From: Octopus bimaculoides
Lineage: Eukaryota
DNA: 63,018 nucleotides
Assembly (NCBI RefSeq): GCF_001194135.2
Contig: NC_068981.1
Location: forward strand, 178,826,976-178,889,993
Direction: 5' to 3'
Made by a program: the position numbers and the translations under genes. Under the pieces are notes generated by a model. The model was not told the origin of the DNA, searched no databases, and worked only from the letters and a program-made list of their open reading frames with translations. This document shows positions 11,690 through 26,037 of this stretch, in pieces. The stretch's first letter is position 1. The number at the start of each line of letters is the position of its first letter.

Positions 11690-12492
11690 NNNNNNNNNNN
11701 NNNNNNNNNNNNNNNNNNNNNNNNNNNNNNNNNNNNNNNNNNNNNNNNNNNNNNNNNNNNNNNNNNNNNNNNNNNNNNNNNNNNNNNNNNNNNNNNNNNN
11801 NNNNNNNNNNNNNNNNNNNNNNNNNNNNNNNNNNNNNNNNNNNNNNNNNNNNNNNNNNNNNNNNNNNNNNNNNNNNNNNNNNNNNNNNNNNNNNNNNNNN
11901 NNNNNNNNNNNNNNNNNNNNNNNNNNNNNNNNNNNNNNNNNNNNNNNNNNNNNNNNNNNNNNNNNNNNNNNNNNNNNNNNNNNNNNNNNNNNNNNNNNNN
12001 NNNNNNNNNNNNNNNNNNNNNNNNNNNNNNNNNNNNNNNNNNNNNNNNNNNNNNNNNNNNNNNNNNNNNNNNNNNNNNNNNNNNNNNNNNNNNNNNNNNN
12101 NNNNNNNNNNNNNNNNNNNNNNNNNNNNNNNNNNNNNNNNNNNNNNNNNNNNNNNNNNNNNNNNNNNNNNNNNNNNNNNNNNNNNNNNNNNNNNNNNNNN
12201 NNNNNNNNNNNNNNNNNNNNNNNNNNNNNNNNNNNNNNNNNNNNNNNNNNNNNNNNNNNNNNNNNNNNNNNNNNNNNNNNNNNNNNNNNNNNNNNNNNNN
12301 NNNNNNNNNNNNNNNNNNNNNNNNNNNNNNNNNNNNNNNNNNNNNNNNNNNNNNNNNNNNNNNNNNNNNNNNNNNNNNNNNNNNNNNNNNNNNNNNNNNN
12401 NNNNNNNNNNNNNNNNNNNNNNNNNNNNNNNNNNNNNNNNNNNNNNNNNNNNNNNNNNNNNNNNNNNNNNNNNNNNNNNNNNNNNNNNNNNN

Positions 12493-12582
<90 letters not shown>
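12493..12582. repeat. (TTA)n microsatellite
   Basis: Direct tandem repeat. Confidence 0.95.
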
Positions 12583-12583
12583 T

Positions 12584-12912
12584 AAGGCGGCGAGCTGGCA
12601 GAATCTTGAGCGCGCTGGACAAAATGCTTGGCGGTATTGCGCCCGTCCCTACGTTCTGAGTTCAAATTCCGCCGAGGTCGACTTTGCTTTTCATCCTTTC
12701 GGGGTCAATAAATTGAGTACCAGTGAAACATTGGGGTCGATGTAATCTACTAGTATCCTTCCTTGTGCCTATAGTAGAAAAGATTATTATTACTATTATT
12801 ACTATAAAGGCGGCGAATTGGCATTTCGTCCATCTGTACGTTTTGAGTTCAATTTTTGCTGAAGTCGACTTTGCTTTTCATGCTTTGAGGGTCGATAAAA
12901 TAAGCACCAGTT
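12584..12912 (+). mobile_element. Two head-to-tail SINE family B (Meta-domain-like) copies
   Basis: Heads aaggcggcga at 12584 and 12807; core gactttgcttttcatcctttcggggtc.ataaa..gagtacc resembles the MetaSINE domain. Confidence 0.85.
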
Positions 12913-12949
12913 AACTGCATGACTAGTGGAACGCATCATTTTCATAAGA

Positions 12950-15900
12950 AGCCAAAGAGTAGGCAATCCACTTCGTCAATAAATAACAGAGGCAATATAT
13001 GTGCTCACCACCTTTTAAGGGCATATTCTACTTAGCCTTCTTGGCCCTCTGCTCGGAAGTTCGTCTTATACGTACCTGAAGGCCTGATTAGAACTAGACA
13101 TCTAAAACCTTAGCAAAAATGCCTATTCAGTGACTCACGACACTAGCTGCTGTGGACTTGCCTTCAAATTTCCAAGTTTCAATCTCACTGATGTGTCACG
13201 AAAATATGTTGCGCTTTTAACAAACTCGTCTCCCTCCAGTGAGTGTTGACCAACTAAATTTCTGTGATGTCCAGCAAAGTCATCCGCGTATGTCAGCACG
13301 GCCTTTCAGTTTCCGAGTTTGAGCGAGATATCACCAGATAAAAAGTATAAGAGCGGTGATATAAGACACTTTTGATTCGAAACGGCTCCAATATGTGACA
13401 ATTTAATCCGACCACCAATCAGATGTTGTTATACAATGAAGCGATTCAGTGTCTGAAAATACGATTGAAATCAATCACAGTAAGGAAACCACTCGCTGAT
13501 ACACAACCCTATTGATAATCTTGCGATAATCCAAGTTTATCGAAGTCAAAACGAAGCCAGGTTTATTATCCATCCTCTCTGCAATATATTGGATGATTTG
13601 TATAGGTCTGCTGGGAATCTGACGCATCAGCAAGCTTCTCGGCTACACTAATGGAAGAGGAGTAAGCAAGACTGGAATGGCTTCATACATCTTATAGAAC
13701 TGACCAGTCAAATGAATTGATTTTCCCCTCACAGCGATCGACAACCGTAATTCAGCTGTCCTTATCGAGTTTTCATAACACCCCTCCGTTTTTGTTGAGA
13801 ACTGCAAAAGGCCACCAAGTTAGGTCTGAAACGCACCCTCTCAGTTCCCCTTTTACTCAGGAACAGTGAAGTAAAGTGCTGCTGGAAAGCCGCACACTTT
13901 TGCATGGATTAGTACGCACCTAACATGGTCTATCATAGGACTTTTCTTATATCATTGTACTTCTTTTCCCTGTATCTATCGAATACATTTCGCTGCCTCA
14001 TGTCGAAGTACTGGCATTTTAGCTCTGACAACAAAGCATTTGTGTTTGACATCGATGAAATGGTCGTCCGCCATTTTTCTCTGTAAGTTCTCCGAACGCA
14101 ATGACTTTTGTAATCGCCTCTTCCAGTTGTCGATTCTATTCTAACAGTTCTCTTCAGAGAGACCCATCATTAGTTGTTGACGATAATCCTTGTCAACTCC
14201 TGTTTAATTCGTTTACTGATTTGGTTATTGAGGATTTCCTTATTGGAACTAAAGCTTTCGATTACTATTAACTGAGGCTCTATGCGTTGTATCTAGGATG
14301 ACTGTGGAGATTATGAACATATGGTCTGTATAGCCAACCAGCTGAAATTGTGGATACAGTATTGTTAGCTAATGACTGAACGAGTACTCGATATAAAGAC
14401 AATCTCGCTGACACGATGTGATGTGTCGAAGATTTCATTGGTGCATTCGGACATTTGTAGTGGGTATCTGTAAAAAACTTGGAATTACTTGAGCAGTTTC
14501 GCGAGATTTTACACTCGTTCTGCTCTCGTCTACTCCAACAAAATCCAATTTGTGTCGAATATGCTATCCCAGCCGTGCACTAGCACTAATAAATGTGATG
14601 TTATCAAGAAATCTTCTAGATGCCTGAATAACTCTGGCATCCTCGCCCTAGTCAGAAAAAAAATGGCTACTAAGCTGAAAACGCTGCTTGCAATACTGTT
14701 CAGATTTATGGCCGCCGACTGCCAACCAGATTAAGGAAAATATTCCGCATCTCGAAATACAGGTCTTCTTAAAATAACATTACCTCTATTTTAGAACTGG
14801 GTTGAATAAAAGACGGTTATAACTTATAGTCAACGAAAAGGGGAGCACAAGCGTACATCCAGAAATTCCCATCTCGAAGTTGGCTACCACGTTTACATTT
14901 AGTGACCTGAGTTCGTTAATCAAGTGACAGTGTTCCAAGCTGATTTCAGTTAACGCACATTTTTGCAGTCAACTCTTTGTACTGACGTGCTGGGAGGAGA
15001 AATAATTAAAGGTTACTTTCCTTACATTCGGGCCAACCAGACAGCTTGATTTCCTGAGTTCAACAAAGGTCCCTTGCTATTTTGCAAAGGTTCTTTCAGC
15101 TTTGAAATTGCCCTTTGCCATCGGTGGGCTCCTCAGCAATATGTTGTTTGTAGGCTTAGCTACAGTCTTTACTTTTTAAAAAATTGGTTGTTGTCCGTCT
15201 TCAAAATATATTTTTTGTTACTATCTTATATTGCATACACCATAAAACTCAGGGTTCCCCTTTCGGAGAACGGTCTGTTTTCGTTGCGTTTGATGTACTT
15301 TCTTTTGTAATTACTTTTCTTCTTACTGTAATTGCTTTTTCTTCTCGTGTTACGTATGTCTTGATTGATGCTGTTCTTGCTATCGTAGTAGCGGATTTGG
15401 TCATTTTTATTGTTTATGCTGTTGTGGTGGCTATAGTGATAGGCGGCTAGCTTGTAGATTGTCTGTTACGTCAACCTTTCTGCATTTAATAGTAACAATT
15501 TCTTGCTTTTCCCCTCACGGTTAATCCTTACCATTATTTAGTCTCCTACACCCCCTCCTCATTTGTTGAGAATTACTTAAGGCTGGAAGAAAGAAGAGAA
15601 GAAATGAAAGTCACCTATTTTAATGGTTTTCCTGTTGGCAATCATGTGTATCAAATTCACTTCTCTATCTAGGATTTCTTGAGAAAACTGAAGTTGTAGT
15701 TTCGTAGCCGTGACTCGAGCGAAATTCTTTCATGTACTAAAGTCTCTCTTATTTCTGTATAACACTAATAACCGTACCAATTTCAGGCCTGCACCTCTGT
15801 CCCTTTGTCTCCTCTTTGTGCTACCTAAGATAACTTTTCTTAATTTTTTTACGTAATATCACAAACACGGATGTGGGTGCAATTTATTCATGTTGTGAGT

Positions 15901-16900
15901 GGAGTTGTGTATTTAGTTGGTTTTGGCGTTGTTCTATTATTGTTTGATGTGTGTGTTTGTCTGTTGGTCTTACTCTTGAATGCTATTATTTCATTTGTAT
16001 ATTTTCTTTGTGTTACTTTTGGTAAAGATAATGGTAAGAATCGTGTGCTTGTTGTTGTAGATGTAGTGTTGTTTGGTGGTCAAGAAAACAGAGAATTTTT
16101 GTTCAACGTCTTCCCCGTCGTCGCCATCATCCTTGTTGCTTCCAGAAATACTGGTGCACAATTTTATCGTTTTTTTTTTCCTCCTGAATATTTTTCCTTT
16201 TCATATTTCCTCAAACGTTTCTATTACTCCTTCCTCGTCACGAGACGACAAAAGTGGTGCTATTACTGCTGGGTATTCTAGAAAGATGGGTTAACTGATA
16301 GTTTGGCATAAGTTCATCCATCATCTCTGAACTGACAACGGGCGCCTTAGTCATTATTCGGATCTACAGTCGCTGATATGACAGGAATCACTACTGGAGT
16401 AGCAGCCTCTGGATCCTGCTTAATCTTTTGTCCGTTTCATTTTTGTCTCTACTGGACAGAAAGCACTCATTTATGCCATTACAAATATAACAACTGGAAT
16501 TTCTGCCCTGCATTGCCAGTTGTATTGTATTGTCTGCCGTGGGGCACAGTGCTGGAATTGCATTGTGGCCATTATGGATCATCTCAACTTGTAAGTTCAC
16601 GCTGACTCCTTCCTTCAACATGTCATTTTCCGATATTTGTGCGCTATCGTTTAGCCATATTGCTTTGCACAGACGACAACGAACTAGGGGGCAACGTCCT
16701 TTTCCATATCCCTGTATGTTGGTCATGTGTATTGAGGTACAAGTTTATAGGCGGGTGTTTCTCGTGCAATTTCTGCTTGTCCACAGTCTAAGTCTTCGTT
16801 CCTGAAGGACAGGCAGGCATTTTCGTAGGCTTTGCCTTTATGCATGATAAACTCGCCCAGAGATCTTCTAGTGTCATCCCGTTAGTTCTTTGATGGTATA
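12950..16900 (-). mobile_element. Decayed L1/Tx1-clade LINE (ORF1, APE endonuclease and RT remnants)
   Basis: Minus strand VLTYADD (YADD at 13279-13290), INLDYRKIINRV (~13510-13545), GYTDHMF (~14315-14335), degenerate GDWN-like motif (~14570), ORF1-like MQGRNSSCYIC (~16480-16510); many stops and frameshifts. Confidence 0.75.
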
Positions 16901-17519
16901 GAAAAAAAACCCGTTCCCTATATGAAACAAAGATTGACCAGTTTTCTTTTCTTTCCTTTTCTAGATGCATTTTTTAGGAAAGAATTGCCACTGGTCTCTG
17001 TTTCAGACTATGCATTGTCCATGTTGAAGGACAATACATAGGAAAAAAAGAAAAAAAACCTAATTTGTTACAGCTATTAGTACATTTTCAGTAGCATTTG
17101 TCTCAGTAAGTATGTCTACTATTACAAATACCGCCATTTTCTTCATCTTTCTATTTTACAAATTTTCCTAATTTTTTCCTGGGTTCCTACATGTTGTTGT
17201 CGACTTAGTGAATGCCTTCGTCTACTGCTACTTCTATGGACACTATGCTTAAGCATTTTTTGAAAATTCCTACAGGAAAAAAAAACCCAACGAAAAAACA
17301 AAGGTGGCTTCAAGAAGCGTAGTGTTTTTCACTTTAAACGGATGAAAAAACAAAGAAAACATAAAAGGTTTTTAACCTCTTTATATAACGAGTCAAAAAA
17401 TAAATGAATAAATAACAAATACAAAATCAAAAGCGAAAAAACAAAACATCCAATTTGGAAATTTAGCCTATTAGTTTTCAAGCATTCACGAGCTCGTGAT
17501 GTTGCTGGCACCTTCAAAT

Positions 17520-17574
17520 AGTATTAGTAACAATGATGATGATGATGATGATGATGACGACGACGACAGTGACA

Positions 17575-17629
<55 letters not shown>

Positions 17630-17736
17630 TAATAATAATCACCATAATAACAACAATAATTTTGTTAACCTTGAATAGTTGGTGTATGAGAGAGAAAGAG
17701 AGAGAGAGAGAGAGAAATAAAGAGAAAGAAAGCGGA

Positions 17737-17770
<34 letters not shown>

Positions 17771-17830
17771 CGGAGGAGAGAGAGACTGGGGGAAAGAGAT
17801 GGAGAAAGAGGAAGAGAGAAATGAGAGGGA
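17520..17830. repeat. (GAT)n/(AAT)n followed by (GA)n microsatellites
   Basis: Direct tandem repeats. Confidence 0.9.
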
Positions 17831-19093
17831 AGTTAACATGCTAGCGCGTGTCTATATGTGCATGTATTTGTGTTCTGTAATTATAATCTAGTTTTACCAG
17901 AATTAACACATCATCAAACCATCCCAACCCACCGAAATGGCCACGTGAGAAAGGAAGGGCTGATTGCTCCAGTGAAAGTCAAATCTACAGCCTAATGGAG
18001 CCAATCGTTAGGTCAGCTTGTCCCAGCATAGAAAGAGGTTAAACTGCTCAAAAGAGCTTGTCTATAGTCTTCTGGACAATTATGAGATCGTTCTATATGG
18101 CAGCAATTAATTTGATATTGTCAAAGTTGGTTGTGTAGACGTTATTAACTACCATTTTCCAACCATCCAAATACCATACACTATAAAGCAACTCTTTATC
18201 TTTGTCTCTAGTGTTCTCTTCTACATCCTTTCTCACTTTCACTCCTCTCTGTCCTTCATTGTTTCTCTGTCCGTCTGTCTCTCCCACACTCTCATTCGTT
18301 CTTTCCTTCTGTCTGTCTGTCTGTCTGTCTGTCTTTCACTTTTTCCCTCTCTCTGCATAAGGCTCTGATTGTGTTTCACGACTGGTCGTGACTCTAACTG
18401 GCCTGTTTTCAATTTAAGTGCTGTGGGTCCTCTTGTTGATTGCTACCGAGAATATCCCTGTTCAATCTTGCAACTAGAGTTAATTCTTACTTCAACAAAT
18501 ATTAGATACATGGGGCCGTGTAAAATAAGATGAACATTTGCGTGCTCGCCAGAAGTGATAGCCAACCTAATCGCCATAAACTTCTGATTATCTTAGAGAA
18601 CAAAGGATAAATAAATCATATCTAAAATATATAGTCAACGTGTCAATATCATGATTACAAATTGAAAAGGAAAAAGACTAGTGATGCTAAGTTAGAAATA
18701 TTTCTTTCGGTAAATGAAATTATATAAATGATATGAATTCAAGAATAATTCAACTTTAGACAAATCTAGAACAGAAATTATGCTGCTATTTTTGTTTGCA
18801 TAACCTGAAACAATACGACTGAATTCAAAACCCTTCCTTGAAGTTTCAAACAAAGTTGTATTGACATCAACATAAGGATTGGCTGTTATATCTACAAATT
18901 GTGGATGAAATCTGAAACATAATGAGTTTCTCTTTAAAAATTTGGATTTCTATCAGAAAAGAAAATCACTCTGTAGTCAATAATGCATTAACCATTTTAT
19001 TACAATTTTCAACATCAAACTTATATGAATAAAGGTTGTCTACATTTACCATAATTAAGATTTCTGTGAGAACTGTTGATAAAGCAAAATATG

Positions 19094-19187
19094 TAATAAT
19101 ATAGCCTGAACAGGATAAACTATCCCTATTTTGCAGAAAAAAGTGTAGGCGGCCTGTCTAGTTTATCCTGTTCAGGTTATATTATTA
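19094..19187. repeat. Short hairpin, 29 bp arms (1 mismatch), 36 nt loop
   Basis: taataatatagcctgaacaggataaacta / tagtttatcctgttcaggttatattatta. Confidence 0.85.
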
Positions 19188-19586
19188 GCATTATTCTGCG
19201 TTTGAGAATTTAAAATCACTTCTTTAACTTTCTAAGACATCTCAACGCTTCTAAAAGCAAACTTTGTTTGTTTGTTTATGTTTATCGTAATTTGAATTTA
19301 AAATATGTAATATTTTCTAAAATAATTTCCAAATAAATCATTCAATTTAAATATGATTTTTCTCAATATTTGTATTGCGAGGGTGCCCACAATTATTTGT
19401 TTGATTTTAAAGCGCGCTTCATATTAAAATAATCAAGGATAGGGATATACTGTCGTCATCAAAGGATTCACAAATGAAGGAGGCGATGTTAAATGCCGAA
19501 TTCACAGGACAACAGTAAGCAAACACGTATATGAGAATAAGTACAAACATAATTTTATAAATTTCACGCCCAGGGATATATGTATA

Positions 19587-20030
19587 GGTGTAGGTGTGGC
19601 TGTGTGTAAGAAGCTTACTTCCCAACCACATGCTTCCGGGTTCAGTCCCACTGTGACACCTTGCTTGGGTAAGTGTCTTCTACGATAGCCTCAGGCTGAC
19701 CAAAGCCTTGTGTGTGTATTTGGTAAACGGAAACTAAAAGAAGCCCGTCGTATATATGTATATATATATATATATGCATATGTATATATGTATATGTATA
19801 TACATATATACATATGCGTATGTATGTGTGTTTTGGTGTCTATGTTTGTCCCATCACTGCTTGACAACCGGTGTTGGTGTGTTTACGTTCCCGTAAGTTA
19901 GCGGTTTTGCAAAAGAGATCGATAGAAGAAGTACTAGGCATAAAACCTAAGTACTGGGGTCGATTCATTCAACAAAAAATTCAAGGTGGTACCTTAGCAT
20001 GGCCGCAGTCTAATGATTGAAACAAGAAAA
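19587..20030 (+). mobile_element. SINE family A, full length
   Basis: Both modules plus central TA/TG microsatellite. Confidence 0.9.
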
Positions 20031-20310
20031 TATATATACATATATATAATGATGAGAAACAAAAGACTGGTTACCAATAAGCATATAATAAAATATATTC
20101 TGTTATAAAAATTCTACGGACAAAATCATAAAATAAAAATATATAGATATATAAATACATTAACAATGCATTGAAAATATATGAATATATCAATATAATT
20201 ACACTAAGAATTTATTAAGATTATACAAATATATAGTCCTACTTACAATAAAAACGATATTAAAAATATACAAATAGAATCGGCGGAGTATAAAATCAGT
20301 GTAGAATGTT

Positions 20311-20587
20311 ATAAATCCATATGGAAGGTTATAATTACTTAAGGTGCAACAGCCATTTCTTGGGGCATAGTGATCCAAAGATATAATAGATTTTTTAGGT
20401 CCATTAATTCATACCACCTCCCCCTTTATCAGCATAACAAGTGTAAACTTATCAGTTGGAAACCTTCCTGAAGAACGAGGTGGAGTTATGAAATAATGGA
20501 CCTTAAATCCATTATATCTTTGGACCACTATGCCCCAAGAAACGGCCGTCGGACCTTAAGGACTTATAACCTTCCATATGGATTTAT
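20311..20587. repeat. Foldback element, ~110 bp degenerate arms
   Basis: 20311-20420 vs reverse complement of 20477-20587. Confidence 0.85.
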
Positions 20588-20671
20588 TTTTCCTATTTTT
20601 CCGATGGCTCAAATGTCTTGAGCTCTTCTGTGTGTCCTCTATATATAGAGAAAATTTATCTCTAAAAATAA

Positions 20672-20711
<40 letters not shown>

Positions 20712-22945
20712 ATGCACTTCGTGATTCTCTAATTACTACTTTAGTAAGAAATGTGAAGTCTATTCTTGGCTAAAGAAGACTAATATTACAAAAACATGTC
20801 TATACTTGTCGAAGCCATTAAAATTACAGATAGTTCTTAATCTTCGGTTGTCGTTTCTTCACCGCATGAAATTCCGTTCTAAAGTTCAAACAACAGTAAG
20901 ATCAACTTTGCTTTTCTTTCTTCGGTGGCTTTACATGAGCGTTGGATAAAATGTATTTCTGTATTAATACCAGCTCTTTACGATATTAGTTCACATAAAA
21001 CGACACAAATTTCAACTTGTATCATCCCTTGTCTTTCTTGGACGACACTAGTGCTGTTGGAAGAAGCGGCTTACTGCCTGGTTACCTGCTGGTATTCTGT
21101 AGATAAACGTTTCTCTAGTCTGAACCTCGGAGAAATACTTTCCAGATGCAGATACACGGTCAGCCATGATTGACAGATGATTTAAGGTAATTATTAAGAG
21201 AGAATATTTTATTTGACTAGCTTAGTTGCCTAACTAACAACATTATATACATAAGTGAATTCATAAACTATAGCATTTAAGCTTTATATTTCTAAGTTTG
21301 GTTAAAAACAAAAGTAAACTCTACAGAGGAAAGGTCCTTCCAATTAAATTCGTCAAAAAGAAAACTGCGTCTAAGCCATCGTCTTCCAATGTTGACTTTC
21401 CAAATATCTCAGACATTTTGAATTTTAAGCAGTAGATAAGTAGCAGGCTTCAGGTTAAGTTATAAATAGAGGAAACTTTGTATTCATTTTTATTATATTC
21501 ACCTGTAATTGCTGATCTATATAAACTGGTCATTCAAATGTGTAGAGGGATCTATAAAAGATTTAAGCGGCATATATGTCCAATACGTCAGTGGAGGCCT
21601 TCTGGTGTACCTCACTTCTGGTAGCTGGTTTGTCTTCAAATAGGAGGCTGAGTATATACAAACAATTATAGCGAGATATAATAGTTAAGTTTTAAATTTA
21701 GAGCTGCTGCTTTTATTTAGGGCTCCTTTATGGGATATGATACAGACCTTGCATTTGCTTCATACAGCATGTTCACTGTGATATTCATTCTGAAGGAGGC
21801 TTGTAATTCACACGTTCTAGCATTTTGACATCAATCTTCTCTTGTACTCTTAACAGCAATCAATCAGTCTTCACAGAATTGTTCATGAGCTTTTAGATCA
21901 CAACATTTACAGGTCTTAGAATAATTTTGACTCGTAGATTTTAAATGTGAAAGTCATAGTTAAATAAGTTCAAGTATTTTCATCAGGAATGCAACACATG
22001 CCTTAGCAGCATACAGAATTTTTACACATGACCCAAGATTTCAATACTTTATCTATCCGGCATTTCGCATTCCAGTAAAGCAAGCAAAATAAATACAAAA
22101 TATATTTACCCTTTCTTGATAATTAACAGATATAGTATGTACTTTTGTGAGTCTGAAATACCTTTTACAACTGTATTTTTGCTGCTGGTATTTGGACATT
22201 GGTAAATGTCACGTAAAAATGAAGTAAAAATATTTACGATAACTAGAAACGTAATTTGGTTACGTTTCCTTCCCATTTCACAGACTTTATTAAAATATAC
22301 ACAACCACATTTATATATTTCGTTTGCTTACAGACAGGAAACAGACCCCATAGCTTTGAAAGCTGTTCAAAGTATTTAAACTTTGGTGTCAAAGTACTAA
22401 CACAAAGGTTTAAATGTATCTAATTAAAGTCTATTTTCTGATGTTCTAGAAGAGCCACCCCATAAAATAGGGCGGTTAATGATAATGACACTAAATACTA
22501 TTACATCTAGACGCGACGCAACATCCGCTTGTTCTAGGTCGAATCAATAAAAAAAAAGAGATGAATTGAGTCAGAGTTTTTTTCCTGCCAAAACACCCCA
22601 TATTATTAATTTACCAGTAATTAGACTGAGAAATTTGGAGGAATATTATGGTTGTAAAATCCCGTCAGTTCGAATTAATTTCTATTTATTATCTTTTCCA
22701 GCTCAACTGAAAAATTCGCATTAGGAATGAGAATATAATTAATGGGAAGACATTTCTTATATCCACGCACATACATATACACACACATATACATGTACAA
22801 AAATATACACGGCGGTGCATCAGCATGGCCGCAGCTCTGAGCTGAAACTATAAACAATAAACATACATGCATATATATATACATACACATATATATATAC
22901 ACGTACACGCACACACATATGCAAATCTACATACATCCATATATA

Positions 22946-22979
<34 letters not shown>

Positions 22980-24959
22980 ACACACACACACACACACACA
23001 TATATGTATATATAAATCAAAATAAGCAACAAGGATATCCAAGGTTAATGCAGTACGATCGTTTCATGCGACTCCATTTAATTAAGCAATGTGAACATTA
23101 CATCAAATGTAAAATGCAGAGCAATCCTCAGCTGCACAAAGATATAGAAATTTAATGAAATTACATTTCAACAGAAGGACATATTTTTATAACTACATTT
23201 AAACTCTCCAAGTAGAAAAGAAGAATACAAAAAACCATTTTGACTTAGCCAGAACTTATTCGTCGTTATGAAAATAGAAATTCGACATTGATTTAGAATT
23301 GTTTCGTTATAATTGCTAGCAGGAAATGTCTGCGTCAGGTGAGGGAAGAGACGGCAATGCCTCAGAGATTATTACGTTATATTTGGTTGAAACAAGAGGG
23401 ACTTGCTTCCAAGTGTAGTTGGCACTTTCCCGAGGCTAGCATAATTTAGTATGGTATGTAGCAAGCTTTGCTTTCTATACCGGCTGGTCCAAATGTGCTG
23501 CATTTATGCCTTCTGACATGCTCCAGAGACTCATCTCACATAGTTACTTAAGAGCGGAAAATAGACTGAATCCAAATGTAAGACTATTGGCATATTAAAA
23601 AGCATATATTGTACGTACACATATACATACACCGTTATGTATCGTAATATAAGGGGTTGTAAAATATATACAAGTATATATTATCATTTTGCAAACATTA
23701 TGTTATAAAGCACTCAATACGAGAGTTGAGTAGTAAGATATATTCATTATGTTTTTAAAAAAAATGACAGTCTACTCAAGTTTCGCCAGGCAGCTGGCTG
23801 ATCATGTCTGTGGCTGGAACGAAGAGACCTGGGATATCTATAAGGTTAGGAATGTAAGAGATAGTTGTGGGTAGGTGGAGGTTGTTAATTGTATTTCAGT
23901 ATTTAAAATATTAGGATCATAGTGAGCCAGTGCAAATTACTTTGTTTTGTTGTTTTGGGAATTGGTATGTTTGAAGGTGTGTCTGGAAGATTACGCTGCT
24001 TTGTTTTTCTGTCTTTTGTGAGCGTGTGTAGAAGTGTGCGTCAGGGTTATTATTTGCGTGTAAAATGCGCATACGCAAACGATTATACACAATTTATACG
24101 TCTACAGTGACAAACCTATAAATACACCCACCCACCTACACACACTCACGCACATACACACACACACACACATTTATGTACAAATACCTAACAAACGTAA
24201 TTTACTGGAAGTGTATAGGGATGGTTTCCTTGGGGTTATCTTTAGTTCTGGTTCGTTAAACAAATGCGAAAAATCCAGTTATATTTTACCATTTTTAAGG
24301 ATTCGGTGATATTATAACTAACGCTAGTGTAGACTTTTAGCTGTGAATGTGCGATGTATCTCACTATCGCCAGTTTTAGGATCCTTGAGGTTTTGATTTA
24401 ACATGCTGTTTGATATAGCCCCAGTTTAACCCCGGAATCAGCAGATCAAAGCTCCTACCATTCTATATTTCATTCACACATAGCTGAAGCGGGAGGGTTG
24501 AGGTATGAGCTTTGTATGTATAGATTGACCATGGATATGCAAGTTGAAAGTTCGTCTCTAAGATGCAAGCCAATCCAAGGTTTCCTTATGAAAGAATTAC
24601 AGTTGATAATACGAGCAAGTTTTCCTTCATCCCACCACCGTGTATATAAGCTAAGGGTAGTTTGTGGTGATTGCTTCCTTTAGTTCTGTTTGGTTTTCTT
24701 CACAGGCTACCTAATAAGGCTTGGACAAAGCTTAGATATTTATGACGAGTTTTGGAAGGTTCTGTGGCATTTATATGCATACATACACGTACGTACCTGC
24801 GTGTGTTTATGTGTGTGTATGTACATGCGTGTTTGTATGTGTATTATAATTTAATTGGCAGTGACATTAACTGGCTGTTTAAATCATCAGCTTCGAATGA
24901 ATAGGCATAATATAGACATGTATTCTGTACTATATTGCAGCCCTTTTTACAGTCAAGTG

Positions 24960-25117
24960 TAATGTATATGTAACGTGTGTATGCATGCATACACAGATAC
25001 ATACATACATACATACATACATACATACATACATACATACACACATATATGCATATATATACAGCTATATATAAATGTATGGATATACATGTATATAAAT
25101 ATTTATATATATATAAA

Positions 25118-25165
<48 letters not shown>

Positions 25166-25240
25166 TATATAAATATATGTATATACGTATATATACATAT
25201 ACATACACACACACACATATATGTGTGTGTGTGTATGTAC
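24960..25240. repeat. Compound (TACA)n/(TA)n microsatellite
   Basis: Direct tandem repeats. Confidence 0.9.
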
Positions 25241-25399
25241 ATCGCGTGATTACGTGATCGACTAGACTATTGGATAATATTATATATTACTGGTCACAAT
25301 ACACTGTGAATCGTTCTTTTTTAGCCTACAAATGATGCCGCTCGACTGGCTAGGTGAGCCAGCCAACATTGCCACTGATCGACATGTTAATCCGATTCA

Positions 25400-25546
25400 A
25401 GGCTATCCATTTACAACTGAGTGGACTGGGACAACGTGAAATGAAGTACCTTGCTCAAGAACACAACGTGCAGTCCGAGGTCCTGGGATCGAACCCGCGA
25501 TCCAACTGTTGTGAGTGCAACACCCTAATCATTGGCCCACGCGCCT
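25400..25546 (-). mobile_element. SINE family C (tRNA head + gtgttcttgagcaag core)
   Basis: B-box gggttcgatccc on minus strand; core shared with 38290-38638. Confidence 0.75.
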
Positions 25547-25999
25547 ATAAATATGGGTGCGTGTATGTGTGTGTATACATGTATGTATGTGTGCGTGTGT
25601 ATGCAGACACACACAGACACACACACAGTGACATATATGCATATAAACAAATACAGATATACACACGCATGTAGAGAGGAGAAAAAAAGGGAAAGAGTGA
25701 TAAAGAAAGAAAGAGGAGAAAAAAATTGAGAACATATTCATGGTACATTCTTATCGAAAATATCTCATATAATTAAATATTAAGTTGTAATATAATACTT
25801 TTAGGGAATTAGACGCAAATTGACGTTGATATGAACCGTACAATTTACATGTCACAACTGATACGTAACTGATATTTATATTGAATCTATCTATCTATCT
25901 ATCTATCTATCTACCCCCCTCTCTCTCTGTCTATATATGTATGTGTGTATGTATGTATGTATGTATGTATGTACATACGTATGTATGTATCTACACCTC

Positions 26000-26037
<38 letters not shown>

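Noticed and set aside
20590-20635. Minus-strand cagaaga-gctcaa-gacat-ttgagc-catc-ggaaa hammerhead-like motif
   Set aside because: Core mismatched and GAAA displaced by several bases; only a 6-bp hairpin is real.
21700-22080. CR1/L2 RT relic (FADD-like tttacacatgac)
   Set aside because: Single degenerate motif; too weak to call.
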